Source: Octopus sinensis (lineage: Eukaryota). From it: 64,000 nt of DNA. The notes beneath the pieces were generated by a model. The model was given only the letters and a program-made list of their open reading frames with translations. It was not told the DNA's origin and did no database searches. Both the position numbers and the translations under genes were made by a program. Positions 26,445-40,852 of the stretch are shown here, piece by piece. Numbering within the stretch: position 1 is the first letter of the stretch; the number at the start of each line of letters is the position of its first letter. The stretch is taken from positions 97,464,001 to 97,528,000 of the forward strand of contig NC_043002.1 in assembly GCF_006345805.1 (NCBI RefSeq), written 5' to 3'.

Positions 26445-27060
26445 TATGTGTGTATGTGTATATATGTGTGTATGTTCGTGTCTGTATTCGTCCCCTCACC
26501 GCAGTTTGACAACCGGTAACTTAGCGGTTCGGCTTGAGAGACCGACTGAATAAGTACCAGGCTTACGAAAAGTAGGTACTGGGGTCGACTAAAAATTCGA
26601 CTAAAACATTGATTTTCTGTTAGAACAAAGTATACTACGGTGATTACCATTACAGGTTCTCCCCTGATAACTACCGCAGTATAGTTTGTTCTAACAGAAC
26701 ATCCACGTTGAAGTGGGCATATAGGCATGACTGTGTGGTAAGAAGCTTGCTTCCTAACGACATGGTTCTGAATTCAGTCCCACTGCGTGGTACCTTGGTC
26801 AAGTGTCTTCTACTATAGCCTTGGGCCGACCAAAGCCTTCTGAGTGGATTTGGAATAGAGAAACTGAAGGCAAGTCGTGTGTGTGAGTGTGTATGTGTAT
26901 TTCTGTGTTTTTGTGTCTGTGTTTGTCCCACACTATCTCTTCACAACCGGTGTTAGCGTATTTATATCCCCGTAACTTAGCGGTATGGCAAAAGAAAGCA
27001 ATTGAATATGCATCAGGCTTAAAACATAAAGTATAGGGATTGATTCATTTGATTAAAATT
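26445..27060 (+). mobile_element. Two partial or diverged SINE family B copies (3' part ~26445-26610; near-complete ~26722-27060)
   Basis: CTTAGCGGTTCGGC..ATAAGTAC segment; head GGCATGACTGTGTGGTAAGAAGCTTGC. Confidence 0.7.
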
Positions 27061-29389
27061 TCTCCAATGCAAAGCTTGAACACTCTGTTCGTCCGTTGTA
27101 GTTTTTTCTTTCTTTTAATATTACACTTTTTTATATTTTACCCCTTTTAGGCTATTTGCTTGCAAAGCAAAGCATAGCTTCTGTCTATTGTAGCTGCATT
27201 TGTTGTTATCTATAGTGCACGACTTTCCAAGTATATCATTGTTTAGGACCTAAGTAGCTTATATTTGCATCTTTTGCAGCTGTACCTAACTTTTGCGTTG
27301 TTCCCATTGAATATCTTGTGATATCTATGTACGTCGAGGATAAATTGGCTGATTAAAGATAGAAAGTAGCAGGTAATGGTCCTTCTTTATAATGTTGTTT
27401 GTTACAGTATTATGGATATAGTAAATTGCATTAAGATCTTTCTCTTATTCTCTCTCTCTTACTCAGTTATGTTTAAATGTTGTGAGGTCTTTAAGATTTA
27501 CCTCTTTGTATAACGGTTTCTAACTCACTTCAGGCAGAGTTGTAGCTTTTGTTCTCTCCAACGTTTATACAAGTTCTACGAAAAATATCTGTGTATATCA
27601 TTTGATTATCGTTCGGCCAGTATTCTAGCTATGACCAACCCATTCTCCTTTCTAACTCATAATATTCAGCATTATTCTATCGCCTATATTTAGATATTTA
27701 AAGACAGCAGACTAGCAATTCTTGTAGGTTTAGCTACAATTATTTGCAATTTATCTAATGATTGTATATGGTAGGTAGTAAATTATTTTTCAAGTGCTTT
27801 TAATACGATAGGCTTTTAATCGATGGATAGAATTCTACAATGTTGAGCTGTGTGAATTTATGCAACACTTTCGTTGTTATCAATTAACTGATGACGAATC
27901 TACTCTTGTGCCATTGTATTAATTTTGACACTTTCCTCATTTCAGAGTTAATATATCTATGGTTATTTGCATACTACCTTTAATCTACCTTTCACTGATT
28001 CCATTAATCTGCAATTGTAGTTTTACCAACGACTTTGTTTATGAACTGTTTTGTTTTAGTTTTAGTTTTTGGGAGATTTTTTTTGTGGGGAGGGGGTTGT
28101 TTTGTCTTGCTTAGGTATTCGATTCAATAAACTTATTGCTAAATCCTGTATTCTCTGTTAACAGTATTGAATAATCTGAGGCTCTTCGTGACTACCTTTG
28201 TCGGCTGCATGCAGATTTTTTACCTGCGGATATGAAGGAGCTTTTCACTGACATGCCACTTTTGTAGTGATTGGATATTTGAGTGTAGTTTCTTTTGGAA
28301 GCTGTTACTATATTGACTTAATCTTTGTTTTTTTTTATATGTTACCTGTAAGGTTTGTTTCAAATTTTTCTATATTTTTAACTAACGTTGTACAATTACG
28401 TATTTTGAAGCCAAACGTCTTCTTGCGAATATATTGTAGATCTTTTAGTGATCGTAAACGTCTAGTTACATTTCCGACATTTTAGATTAGACATTACAAG
28501 CGATGCTTCACGTTGGCATAGGAAAATTTCAATTGAATATCCAAGTATTTACTGTTCCCTGCTCCGTTTGCTCCTCAAATCGTAAAATGCGCTTTACCTT
28601 GCACGAATTGTTTATATTTTCAATAATTATAGTTTATTCATTAAAATGGAAGAGAACAATTATATATAAACATTACAGCCACCCACTTTGAATAATAAAG
28701 AATCTAGTTAACGAAATAAACCGGAGAATGTCCGCAAAATCGCCCAATAAGATAACACTTCATTAATATCATATATACTTACCTTTTATTTTTTATTTGT
28801 TTCTGTCATTGGATTTGCGGCCGTGCTGGGGCACTTGCATGAAAAATTCTACTCATGTACTTATTTTTTAAGTCTGGTAGTTCTTCTATCGGTCTCCTGC
28901 AAACTGTTAAATTTTGGTTGCCAAACGGTGGAGGAACAAACACGGACACACTCACAAACGACGAGGATCCTCACGGTCTCAGTCAAACAGTTTTAATTGG
29001 ATCGCGGCCTTAGTAGAAGACATTTACCCAAGATGCTGCGCAGTAATTGTTTTGCCGCATACATTGCAGTTTTATCACAGCTCATCTACATCTATTTTGA
29101 TGCATGTTCATAGAACTTTTCTTGAATGGGTTTACAATAGGGGCACCAGTTCCATCATATCACGTATTCTGACCTCCAGGATACTGTCAAATTCGTAGAA
29201 TTAAGAAGATATTCGCTTTCGTATCTGGACTAGGCAGGTTCTGTATCAATCACTTTATACACGCCCAGCAAAATCGTTTTATTAGGCAGTCAGACCTCAT
29301 TCTCTGTTGCTTCAAAACTAAGTACCACTGCTTGTGTTCTAGAGTACATGTTGTTGTTCTTCTTCTTCTGCCTCTACTACTACTACTAC

Positions 29390-29451
<62 letters not shown>

Positions 29452-30193
29452 CTTCTTCTTCTTCTTCTTCTTCTTCTTCTTCTACATCTTCTTCTTGTAT
29501 AGCTTATAATCAAAGATATTTCAATCGCAAACGATCCGTCTTTTTTAAGGACGTCTTTGTATTATCTAATGTGTCTTTATTTGAGACGTTGACTCTCGAT
29601 TTGAAGGAGTCATATTGTAATTCTTCAGATTTCAAGTATGCCGCATTAGCTTGTAATCTAGATAACCAGTAGTCATTTAAAGAGAGCCTTGTGTTCAGCA
29701 GTAAGCTACTCAGAACTGCAATATTTACTGGACCTAATACAATTATAAGTCTCTTCGAAACTGATTTTGCAGTATGAGCTTCACAAATACTTACATATAG
29801 AGTGAAATGGAGTTGTGTTTGGCAAGTAGTTTATGTTTCAAATGGTTAGTGTTTATAATTTGTTATTAGAATTTTGATAGAGAATATCGGCAAAAATTCT
29901 CATAGACTTAAGAGACTTAACAAGGATTTCTTGGGTGAAATATATCGTTGCATAAGAATTAGCATAAGCATTTTAGTACTACCGGTAGTTGACAGAAGGA
30001 CGTACTTCGGCGATTTGGCTAATCGTCTTAATTGTATAGGATTATCTAAAGTAGTGTGAGTGTGTTTCACAAACAAACGTAAAACTGAGATATTTTATTG
30101 TAGGTAGAATAAAGACACTTCTTCATTTCTAAAATGTATTGCTTTTACGTAGGGATTGCGCAGTATATATAGGAAGAATAGGAAGAAATTAAA

Positions 30194-30424
30194 GGCGGCG
30201 AGCTGGTAGAAACGTTAGCACGCCGGGCGAAATTCGTAGTCGTATTTCGTCTGTCGTTACGTTCCGAGTTCAAATTCCGCCGAGGTCGACTTTGCCTTTC
30301 ATCCTTTCGGGGTCGATAAATTAAGTACCAGTTACGCACTGGGTTCGATGTAGTCGACTTAATCCCTTTGTCTGTCCTTGTTTGTCCCCTCTGTGTTTAG
30401 CCCCTTGTGGGCAGTAAAGAAATA
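30194..30424 (+). mobile_element. SINE family A single long unit with 17-bp TSD
   Basis: TATATATAGGAAGAATA at 30164-30180 and 30423-30439. Confidence 0.9.
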
Positions 30425-30780
30425 TATATAGGAAGAATATTTCTTTCGGGCTATGGGATTTATTTTAGTGCTCTGCGCCACTAATTCCGTATATATCACT
30501 GGTTCGGTAAATTGCCTTGCTACAATATTTGGCAACTCCAAAAGATTTAAACAAGAAATTACAATAAAACTCCTTCAAATCGAACGCCATTGTCAAAACT
30601 ATAGAAAAGGCATTTTAGATTATACAAAGAGGTACCCCTAAAACGATGAAGTGGTTACGAATGAAATGCTTTTCACTATAGATTGTACAACATGTACGAG
30701 GGCGTGTTGAAAAGTTCCTGGTTTTGGGTAAAAGAAAATAAAAGAGAATCAGTTAATCATGATTTTATTCAACATAAAGT

Positions 30781-31163
30781 GGAGGCGCAATGGCCCAGTG
30801 GTTAGGGCAGCGGACTCGCGGTCATAGGATCGCGGTTTCGATTTCCAGACCGGGCGTTGTGAGTGTTTATTGAGCGAAAACATCTAAAGCTCTACGAGTC
30901 TCCGGCAGGGGATGGTGGTGATCCCTGCTGTACTCTTTCACCACAACTTTCTCTTACTCTTACTTCCTGTTTCTGTTGTACCTGTATTTCAAAGGGTCGG
31001 CCTTGTCACTCTCTGTGTCACGCTGAATATCCCCGAGAACTACGTTAAGGGTGCACGTGTCTGTGGAGTGCTCAGCCACTTACACGTTAATTTCACGAGC
31101 AGGCTATTCCGTTGATTCGGATCAACCGGAACCCTCGTCGTCGTAACCGACGGAGTGCTTCCA
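30781..31163 (+). mobile_element. SINE family C (tail type 2) with 10-bp TSD ATTCAACATA
   Basis: Family C head; tail CCTCGTCGTCGTAACCGACGGAGTGCTTCCA; TSD at 30767-30776 and 31168-31177. Confidence 0.9.
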
Positions 31164-31177
31164 TCCCATTCAACATA

Positions 31178-31353
31178 GGCGTAGGAGTAGCTCTGTGGTA
31201 TGTAGCTTGCTTACCAGCCACATGGTTCCGGGTTCAGTCGAACTGCGTGGCACCTTGGGTAACTGTCTTCTACTATAGCCTCGGGCAGACCAAAGCCTTG
31301 TGAGTAGATTTGGTAGACGGAAATGAAAGAAGCCCGTCGTATATATATATAAA

Positions 31354-31384
<31 letters not shown>

Positions 31385-31626
31385 ATATGTATGTATGTAT
31401 GTGTGTATACGTTTGTGTGTCTGTGTTTGCCCCCCCCCCCCAACATCGCTTGACAACCGGTGCTGGTGTTTTTACGTCCCCGTAACTTAGCAGTTCGACA
31501 AAAGAGATCGATAGAATAAGTACTAGGTTTGCAAAGAATAAGCCCTGGGGTCGATTTGCTCGACTAAAGGCAGTGCTCCGGCATGGCCGCAGTCAAATGA
31601 CTGAAACAAGTAAAAGGAAGACAAGA
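31178..31626 (+). mobile_element. SINE family B, full length
   Basis: Starts immediately after the SINE C TSD; complete body and tail. Confidence 0.9.
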
Positions 31627-32334
31627 ATATTCCCCTCTCAGATTCACACACTTATTACAGCAGTCAATCAGTTTTTCTAAGCCCTGGAAAAGAACTCGGA
31701 AGGTTGGATCGCCAAGCAGGCCTTTCGCGACACCCTTAAAGTCAGGAAATTTTCAGCGCTTCCTTATACTCTAGACCACATATAGACGAACTTGGTATTG
31801 GTATAACCGGATCTCAGCAGCGGAGAGTTCCCACTGCACTATAAAACGACTGTATATGGCGCGCGTAAATTGATTTCTTCTGGAAAGTTCACTTCCGTTC
31901 GTCCTCTTGAGACATTGTTACCACAAATCTATCAAGGATGTGAAAGTGAGTGTTTATCTAAGGATCCTTCAACCTGTTGTCTCCTTTTTCTTCTTCTTTT
32001 TCTGCTACACATTCATTAGCCATGTATGTCTATGTATAAAAAGCAAGCTGCTTCACATTCTAGCAATTCTCCATTCTTCTGCTAAAACATTTCTTGCAAG
32101 CAAATCTTAGTTTTGGGGTTCTTTTACTCTTTCATAAAAAGAGAAAACCACAATTACGTCGTACTAAAATTAAAAACCCCCAAATTCCAATATTTCCTGT
32201 CAGTAACATCTAATATTAAGGATTGTATTTACAACAGGAACACTCTAATTCCACTAGTTTCTTTTGGGAGTCTTACCATAGCAAAAACTGCTTTAAACAT
32301 AAACTTTTACTACACTGCCAAATTATTTTTATTT

Positions 32335-32561
32335 CTTTATTGCCCACAAGGGGCTAAACATAGAGGGGGACAAACAAGGACAGACAAAGGGATTAAGTCA
32401 ATTACCTCGACCCCAGTGCGTAACTGGTACTTAATTTATCGACCCCGAAAGGATGACAGGCAAAGTCGACCTCGACGGAATTTGAACTCAGAACGTAACG
32501 GCAGACAAAATACTGCTAAGCATTTCGTCCGGCGTGCTAACGATTCTGCCAGCTCGCCACC
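32335..32561 (-). mobile_element. SINE family A single long unit with 16-bp TSD
   Basis: CAAATTATTTTTATTT at 32319-32334 and 32565-32580. Confidence 0.9.
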
Positions 32562-33849
32562 TGTCAAATTATTTTTATTTAGCTCCTTGTCGTCTCCTTG
32601 TAGTGTTTATCCCTATACAATTATTTTTGTGTGTACATATTTTCATATTCGTATAGCATTGAAGTTGAGCTCGGGGATTTAGTATAAATGTGTGTAGATA
32701 TTCAAAAGTTATTATATGTGTAGTAGCAGTGAATGTCTGTTGAATTCATAATGAATCTGATAATCGGACTAAATGGCGAAGCTAGATCTTGCTGCAGCGA
32801 CAAGCCATATCACTTGCATACCAATGTGGTCCCTCGTTTTGATTTCCTTTTATTGTATCGATGCTTTCTGAAAGTTTCTGAATGCCGTCGATGTTCATTG
32901 TATTTTTGCACCTTTGGCAGTTCTAAACACTCACGCCACCTATGGTTTATCATTTATATTTTCATACATAATAGTGTTGTCTTGGGTATGTATTTAACCT
33001 GCATCCGGTCGTAGGGCCCTCGTTTGGGGGTTCCAGGGTTTCACAGAGTGTGGAACCACCTCATTGTTCCAAGGTCTTACCTGACCCGGAGTAGACGCAC
33101 CGGTCAAATTCCTAGTAATCGGTTAATTAAATAGTGGTCAGATGCGAATATGGGAATAAACAACTCCAGACTAATTACGGGTCACGCTTTAGGAAGGCGT
33201 AGCATCCGGTAACTACCCAAGCCAGGGGTGCATTGAGATCATGGAATACAGCATGGTGAATATGAACTATTTCGGCCAATCGATTTATTGAGTCAATGAC
33301 GAATATCATTGGATACTGAGTGAATTAAAAGTAAACAAACCGTCCCCGACAGAGCCAACCAATTGAGTTAGCGAACTACTACAGCTATCATCTGTAACCG
33401 TGACATGCACAGATGAGACAGTCACCGATCGAGAAATCCAATATGACTCATTGATCCGGACAAGTCACTCGATTCAGATGATGAGGGGGGGGGGGGTATT
33501 TTAAGGGAGCGATCTGCCAAGATCGTTGTCATACCGGACAAAATGCTTTGCGATATTTCCTCCGGCTCTTCACGTTCTGAGTTCAAATACCGTTGAGATA
33601 GACTTTGCCTTTCAAATTCTCGGGTTGATAAAATAAACACCAATCGAAGAACGGAGTTTGTGTAATAAACTTGATTCTCCCCTCAAAAGTGTTGGCCTTG
33701 TGCCAAAATTAGAAAGAAATATTACTCTGTGTAACACGATTTTTGTCCTTGGATAGCAACTATCATTTCCTATCTGCTTGCCCCTAAAAAGTATGTAAAA
33801 TGGCTAATATTTCCTTCAAATTTTACTTTTCTTACATTTTTTTCAAACC

Positions 33850-34010
33850 GCAAAGGATCCCGCTCAACACTTGGCTATGATACTCGCCCACTACTCCTAC
33901 TCATGATCAGAGATGCACATGTCGTCAGCCACTAAGAACCATGCACAATTGGTTACGGTCAAGCAACTGACAAGCAAATCTGTAGTATTGAGCAAAATAT
34001 TTGCTATAAC
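33850..34010. repeat. Fragment of the family seen at 61381-62177, extending beyond the truncation point of those copies
   Basis: CTCAACACTTGGCTATGATACTCGCCCACTACTCCTACTCATGATC matches the rc of CATGAGCGGAAGTAGTGGGGGAGCATCATAGCCGTGTGTTGA. Confidence 0.7.
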
Positions 34011-36075
34011 GATATTTCTGCTTCAGCAACTCAGCACTGAATCCTGTTTCAAATGTAATGGAAAATTAGTCAGTTTCAAAACATTGATGTCCAGGTTACA
34101 AAAGCAAAGTTTGAAGGGAATAGTAGTCATTTCATTTGATTTTTAGATAGAAGCAAATAGGAAATAACACTTACTGGCCAAAGACAAAAAATATTTTTTT
34201 AATATTTTCAGCGTTATTTATACCATTCTCATACAAATTCTTTCGTACTTCCCGTTGCCAAAATCGGCATACCTTTTCCTTCGTGTGATATAATAAATAT
34301 AACCAGTTGGTTTAGCTTCAGGATTATATTGCGTTACAAAAATCACGCTATTTAAGCGATCTGAAAGTTCAGAGAACGACTGACAGAAAAACAGGTTTAA
34401 GTTTTTACTTAGATAGAAAGTGAGTCGTTTTAATCTTACGAAAGAATACTACTTCAGTGGAATGTAGAATTTTAAGAGTGATGTGTAGAAGAAGAGTAGA
34501 ATCATCATTACCAAGAAACCTGATAAATTGTGTCATTAATATCTCATTATTTTCAACAAATTCTTTCATCTTCCTTCATCAACCACAAGTCCGTCTTATT
34601 CGTCTGTTAAGATGCAATTAATTTCTAAGAGTTCTGCAATTTTTTAGATCCTACGAATGGCTTTGGTTCATACAATATTACAGCCGACCCCTGTGTATGT
34701 TTCAAGTTTGTACGCGTATGTATGTATTCGTGGTTGTGTATATATATATTTCAAATTTTTCGATATTTTAATATATATCTGTCATATCTACGCATTTGAG
34801 ATGTTGATTTACTTCTTTGAATCAATCTCTATGGCTTAATTATTACTATATCAATGGAAAAAGAGATTTCTGAGATTGTGTGTTTGTTGTTCTCTTCAAT
34901 ATTCACAAAGGATTTCTCTGCTATATAAAGTGTACAACTTGTCAATCTTTATAACAATACACTTAATGTGTATACCGTTTGTCTCTTTTTCTTATTTCAG
35001 TTCACTTATCTCCATTTCTTTCCTTTTCATATTCTTATAGTTTGCACTCTCTTCGTTCTATTCCGTTTTCACTGACATTTTATCTCTGTTCTTCTGTTCA
35101 GATTCTCTAAGATTACTGAATTTAATGTGGTTGAACTGCGTCTATCTCACAAAACATCTTTAGATTGACATCCAGAGAAATTGTAAGAAATTGCACGCCC
35201 CTTAACAGTCTACCACAGTTCCTGCCAACCAAATTTCGCAAGTCTTTGGTCGATCGGTGACTTTTGTGTAGAACACTTGTCGTGTATGCTCTTCAGTCGA
35301 AGACAACTCGACACGACGAACTTGCGAAGCTAACAGACGCAGCCATTGTTGTGTTGTTATTGCAACCATACCTGTTCTCGTACCATAGATTCTACTTTTG
35401 ACAACGCTTTATCAGTTGCTGCTGTAACGAGGCTTCAGCCGAGATTCGAAATCACCGCCTTAAGAATTCTAGCTTAGAATCTCAGCCTAAGTATTTTTTT
35501 TAATAAATAAGGTATAAACGCGTTCGCGAACATGACTCGGTCAATCAGATCGGCTAGAGTGACACCAAGTGACTTGGAATCTTTCCACCTAATAGCTATA
35601 GAACACCAAGAAAATCCATCCACAATATCCCACGGAGCTATGCCGCTCTGCTCAGTGAAATGGTATCTCACTTGCCTGAAAAGATTTGTTACAACACAAA
35701 CTTGGGGTGATACTCCAGTTTAAGTCAGTCACATTTGTGATAAGACATTCTTATTTCTATTAAATTTACTCTGAATAATTATGAAGTCATCGTAGAGGCA
35801 TTTAACATATGCAGCGAAAACTTGAACTTTTTTCCTTCGATATATCTTGAATATTATTCAATTTATTCAGCTATTTATATATGTAAACGCAAATGCTCAC
35901 GGTTAATAAAAACGTATGAGGACTAATATGAGTGTAACAAGGAGCCAGTAAAATGTTGCCATTGATTTATAACTATTTAACGGCCTTAAAACCAAATTAA
36001 ACTGTGCTCATCAAGTATATCGCTTTTATTTCTAGAGTTGTTATCTTTAAGTTGTAATTACTTTTTCTAATGCTA

Positions 36076-36640
36076 TTGGGTTGTTCGAAAAGTTCGTGCC
36101 GGTTTTTAAAGGAAAGCAAAAGGTCAATAAGTACTTGCCATTACATTTTTAATCAACCAAATATGAACCATTTTGTTGCACAATGCGTCTCCATCTTTCC
36201 TTTAACTTCAAAATACCCTCTTGCCAAAATTGAGGTGGTTTCATGGCAAAGAATTCATCAAGGTATCTTTTTACGTCATCCAAGGAATTGATAGTTTTAC
36301 CATTAAGACTATTCTGCAGAGACCTGAATGAGTGAAAATCGGAAGGAGCAATATCTGGTGAATATGGAGGGTGGGGTAACACATCCCAGCCGAGCTGCAG
36401 CAATTTTTGTCTGTTTCCCAATGCATCAAGTGCCGAAAATGAACTTTTTTATCTTCCATTTTAATGGGTTACAAAATTAACACAGGTTATAGGAACATAA
36501 ACCTTCTTCCACGAAAAGATATCTTAAACTGTCTCTAAATGGAGGTGTAGTCAAATCCTATATTATGGACTCAACCATGTTCTAAAATAAGTCGAAAGGT
36601 AAGCTACTATAAATCAGCACGAACTTTCCGGACAACCTAA
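36076..36640 (-). mobile_element. Internally deleted mariner transposon with both TIRs and TA TSDs
   Basis: TA|TTGGGTTGTTCGAAAAGTTCGTG ... CACGAACTTTCCGGACAACCTAA|TA; LGWDVLPHPPYSPDIAPSDFH motif. Confidence 0.95.
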
Positions 36641-37109
36641 TATTAAGTTACTATTTACCTTGCTACAGTCTTCATAAACATATTTCTGTTACTATAATCT
36701 ATCCAGGTTTGAGTATAAAATTATTAACTTCAAATTCAGCTGCCCAATGTTGTTGTTGCCGGTGATACTCCACTACAAATCATTCTGCGATTCTTTATGT
36801 CACCAGCAAAGTCACAACATCGAAGTTTCAGCTACGAAATTTGTCATAGAATTTTATCCGCATATTTTGAATAATGCAGCAATTAAGTAATAATATTCGT
36901 CCTGATTTATTTTTCTTTTGGAAGAATTTGGCATTAGATTTTCATAAAATTGATTTAAGCAATAACAAGCAATTGCACAGAACATCGGACTTGGATTGGA
37001 AGGAGGATGTTCTTTCATCTACGCTTTTTCCCATTTCAAAATAATTGAGATTATTATAAACGTGTGTGCGTACATAATAATATAAATACACATACATACA
37101 CATATACAT

Positions 37110-37164
<55 letters not shown>

Positions 37165-37365
37165 ATGTATGTATATGTGTATATGTACATATATATATAT
37201 ATATGCATATATATGTCTATGTATATATATATATATATATATGTATGTACATATATATGTGTATATATGTATATATATATATATAATATATATATATGAG
37301 TGTGTGCGTGTATATGTATATGATTGTATATATAGATGTGTGTATATATATATGCATATATGCGT

Positions 37366-37434
<69 letters not shown>

Positions 37435-37456
37435 TATATATACGGGTTTTATATAT

Positions 37457-37505
<49 letters not shown>

Positions 37506-37506
<1 letters not shown>

Positions 37507-39147
37507 CGCTACAGATTTCTTCCAGATTGTCTCTGTTCTGTTTTGAAAAGAATACAATTCTTCAATGCTAAAAGAATATTAATGTAAAGGATGTGTTCTG
37601 ACGATAACTCTAAAAAGAATACGGTTGATAATTAGAATTAAAAGTAAAAATAGAAAATAAACTATAGACAGGAAATGTGAATGGCAAATTCAGCTCAAGA
37701 TAAAAATCATTGGCTTTCACTCTAAACTCGTGATCATAATGGAAGCCAGCCATCCTAACATTTTCAAAGTCGATATTGGGCGTTTTCTCGGTATCCTTGA
37801 CTTTGTCTTTTTCATTTTTTTTTTAATGGAACTAATCTCAAATCAAACGTCATTTTGTAATGTGCATTGTAATTTGATTTTCCATTGATAAATTTCAATT
37901 GATACATTAACAAAGGTACCTTCTTTTTTATTTGTTACTTTCTGTGAGTTTCGTTTTGCATTTATTTTCTGATATGTTTCCATATACTTTAAAGCAATGA
38001 TATAGTTAAACATTTACTTCAACTATAACACAACAGGAAGAATGTGAGTTGTAATAATTAAATCCTATTAAAAGAGACTTCTAAATTTCTACAATGTTTT
38101 GTCATAGATGTAGTTTTAGATTAGACCAATAAGATGTCAGTCTCACATAAATAATATTTGCATCCCCATCATTATAGCTGTTAATGGAGTCGTTTTATAA
38201 GAAGCTCCTTAGAAGATTTTAATCGATATCAAATTAACCATGTCAAAGAAACGTCGGGCCAATAGAGATGCCTCTATTGAGTCACTCAGCATGATATAAC
38301 AACCAAATTTCCCTCAAATTGCAACAGCCTTTTTAAAAATACGGGTGCAGAACCTATATAGTTCTATATGCCTCAAATAAGACGGTGTAGTCATGGATGG
38401 CGCGCCTTTAATCATACGACTGCTCTATCAGAGTTGACCCGGAGATAAACAATAACAGCAGCAATAACAACAACCAATAAAAATAACGCATTCATCGACA
38501 GGACACACAGTTTCATTGATATTCTAATTTAACGAGAAAATATAACTGTTATCCATTCACTCTCAATACGAGAAGGTGATGAAAAGTTGCTGGCTCTGGG
38601 TAAAAGAAAATACAGGAGGACAAGTTAATTATTATTTTATTCAAAACTAGCAGTATCGCCCGGCGTTGCTCGGGTTTGTAAGGGAAATAACTATATAAGC
38701 ATTTTTAGAGAGTTACTTCCCTTATAGATGCCAATTCGGGCTTTCTTAGCCATTTCTGTTTTGGTGTCTTCAAGCCATGAAGTCGTTGTTCTAAAAGAAC
38801 GCTGGTCTCCTTGACAACGCTTTACGACGTGATTCCTTACACTCCCTTCCCCACAGCTTCACGAGGGAGGGAAGAAGGGGGAGAAGCAAACAGGTGCATG
38901 TGTGACCATGGACGCCAACTCCACCGCCATCGACACACGAAAAATTATGCATTAAAATGAAATAAAAAATGATGTTAAATTATTTTTTAAATCGTAGACT
39001 CATCGTAGACGCGCGCTAATACTCAGACGGGCTCGATATGAATCACGTCTATAAGATACCCGAATTTGGTTAAACTGCACCGCAAAATGTGGGAGTAGTT
39101 AGGAATCTAAATCGAAAGGGACAGACACTCACACAACTACAGTTTTA

Positions 39148-39205
<58 letters not shown>

Positions 39206-40852
39206 CGCTACAGATTTCTTCCAGATTGTCTCTGTTCTGTTTTGAAAAGAATACAATTCTTCAATGCTAAAAGAATATTAATGTAAAGGATGTGTTCTGA
39301 CGATAACTCTAAAAAGAATACGGTTGATAATTAGAATTAAAAGTAAAAATAGAAAATAAACTATAGACAGGAAATGTGAATGGCAAATTCAGCTCAAGAT
39401 AAAAATCATTGGCTTTCACTCTAAACTCGTGATCATAATGGAAGCCAGCCATCCTAACATTTTCAAAGTCGATATTGGGCGTTTTCTCGGTATCCTTGAC
39501 TTTGTCTTTTTCATTTTTTTTTTAATGGAACTAATCTCAATCAAACGTCATTTTGTAATGTGCATTGTAATTTGATTTTCCATTGATAAATTTCAATTGA
39601 TACATTAACAAAGGTACCTTCTTTTTTATTTGTTACTTTCTGTGAGTTTCGTTTTGCATTTATTTTCTGATATGTTTCCATATACTTTAAAGCAATGATA
39701 TAGTTAAACATTTACTTCAACTATAACACAACAGGAAGAATGTGAGTTGTAATAATTAAATCCTATTAAAAGAGACTTCTAAATTTCTACAATGTTTTGT
39801 CATAGATGTAGTTTTAGATTAGACCAATAAGATGTCAGTCTCACATAAATAATATTTGCATCCCCATCATTATAGCTGTTAATGGAGTCGTTTTATAAGA
39901 AGCTCCTTAGAAGATTTTAATCGATATCAAATTAACCATGTCAAAGAAACGTCGGGCCAATAGAGATGCCTCTATTGAGTCACTCAGCATGATATAACAA
40001 CCAAATTTCCCTCAAATTGCAACAGCCTTTTTAAAAATACGGGTGCAGAACCTATATAGTTCTATATGCCTCAAATAAGACGGTGTAGTCATGGATGGCG
40101 CGCCTTTAATCATACGACTGCTCTATCAGAGTTGACCCGGAGATAAACAATAACAGCAGCAATAACAACAACCAATAAAAATAACGCATTCATCGACAGG
40201 ACACACAGTTTCATTGATATTCTAATTTAACGAGAAAATATAACTGTTATCCATTCACTCTCAATACGAGAAGGTGATGAAAAGTTGCTGGCTCTGGGTA
40301 AAAGAAAATACAGGAGGACAAGTTAATTATTATTTTATTCAAAACTAGCAGTATCGCCCGGCGTTGCTCGGGTTTGTAAGGGAAATAACTATATAAGCAT
40401 TTTTAGAGAGTTACTTCCCTTATAGATGCCAATTCGGGCTTTCTTAGCCATTTCTGTTTTGGTGTCTTCAAGCCATGAAGTCGTTGTTCTAAAAGAACGC
40501 TGGTCTCCTTGACAACGCTTTACGACGTGATTCCTTACACTCCCTTCCCCACAGCTTCACGAGGGAGGGAAGAAGGGGGAGAAGCAAACAGGTGCATGTG
40601 TGACCATGGACGCCAACTCCACCGCCATCGACACACGAAAAATTATGCATTAAAATGAAATAAAAAATGATGTTAAATTATTTTTTAAATCGTAGACTCA
40701 TCGTAGACGCGCGCTAATACTCAGACGGGCTCGATATGAATCACGTCTATAAGATACCCGAATTTGGTTAAACTGCACCGCAAAATGTGGGAGTAGTTAG
40801 GAATCTAAATCGAAAGGGACAGACACTCACACAACTACAGTTTTATATATAT
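37506..40852. repeat. Near-identical direct tandem duplication, ~1.7-kb period
   Basis: Unit 1 37506-~39150, unit 2 39205-~40852, each preceded by (TA)n and starting GCGCTACAGATTTCTTCC. Confidence 0.95.
38646..39150 (+). mobile_element. Non-autonomous Helitron-like (HINE/Lep1-type) element, copy 1
   Basis: 5' ACTAGCAGTATCGCCCGGCGTTGCTCGGG with CCCG/CGGG hairpin; 3' ACAGACACTCACACAACTACAGTTTTATAT; no obvious TSD. Confidence 0.65.

Larger units (their letters stand above)
30695..31767. mobile_element. Mariner-type MITE interrupted by SINE C and SINE B
   Basis: TACGAGGGCGTGTTGAAAAGTTCCTGG...; right half ATATTCCCCTCTCAG...CAGGAAATTTTCAGC. Confidence 0.8.

Noticed and set aside
27060-30150. Short ORFs in AT-rich unique sequence
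   Set aside because: No motifs, codon bias or splice support; no host gene can be called
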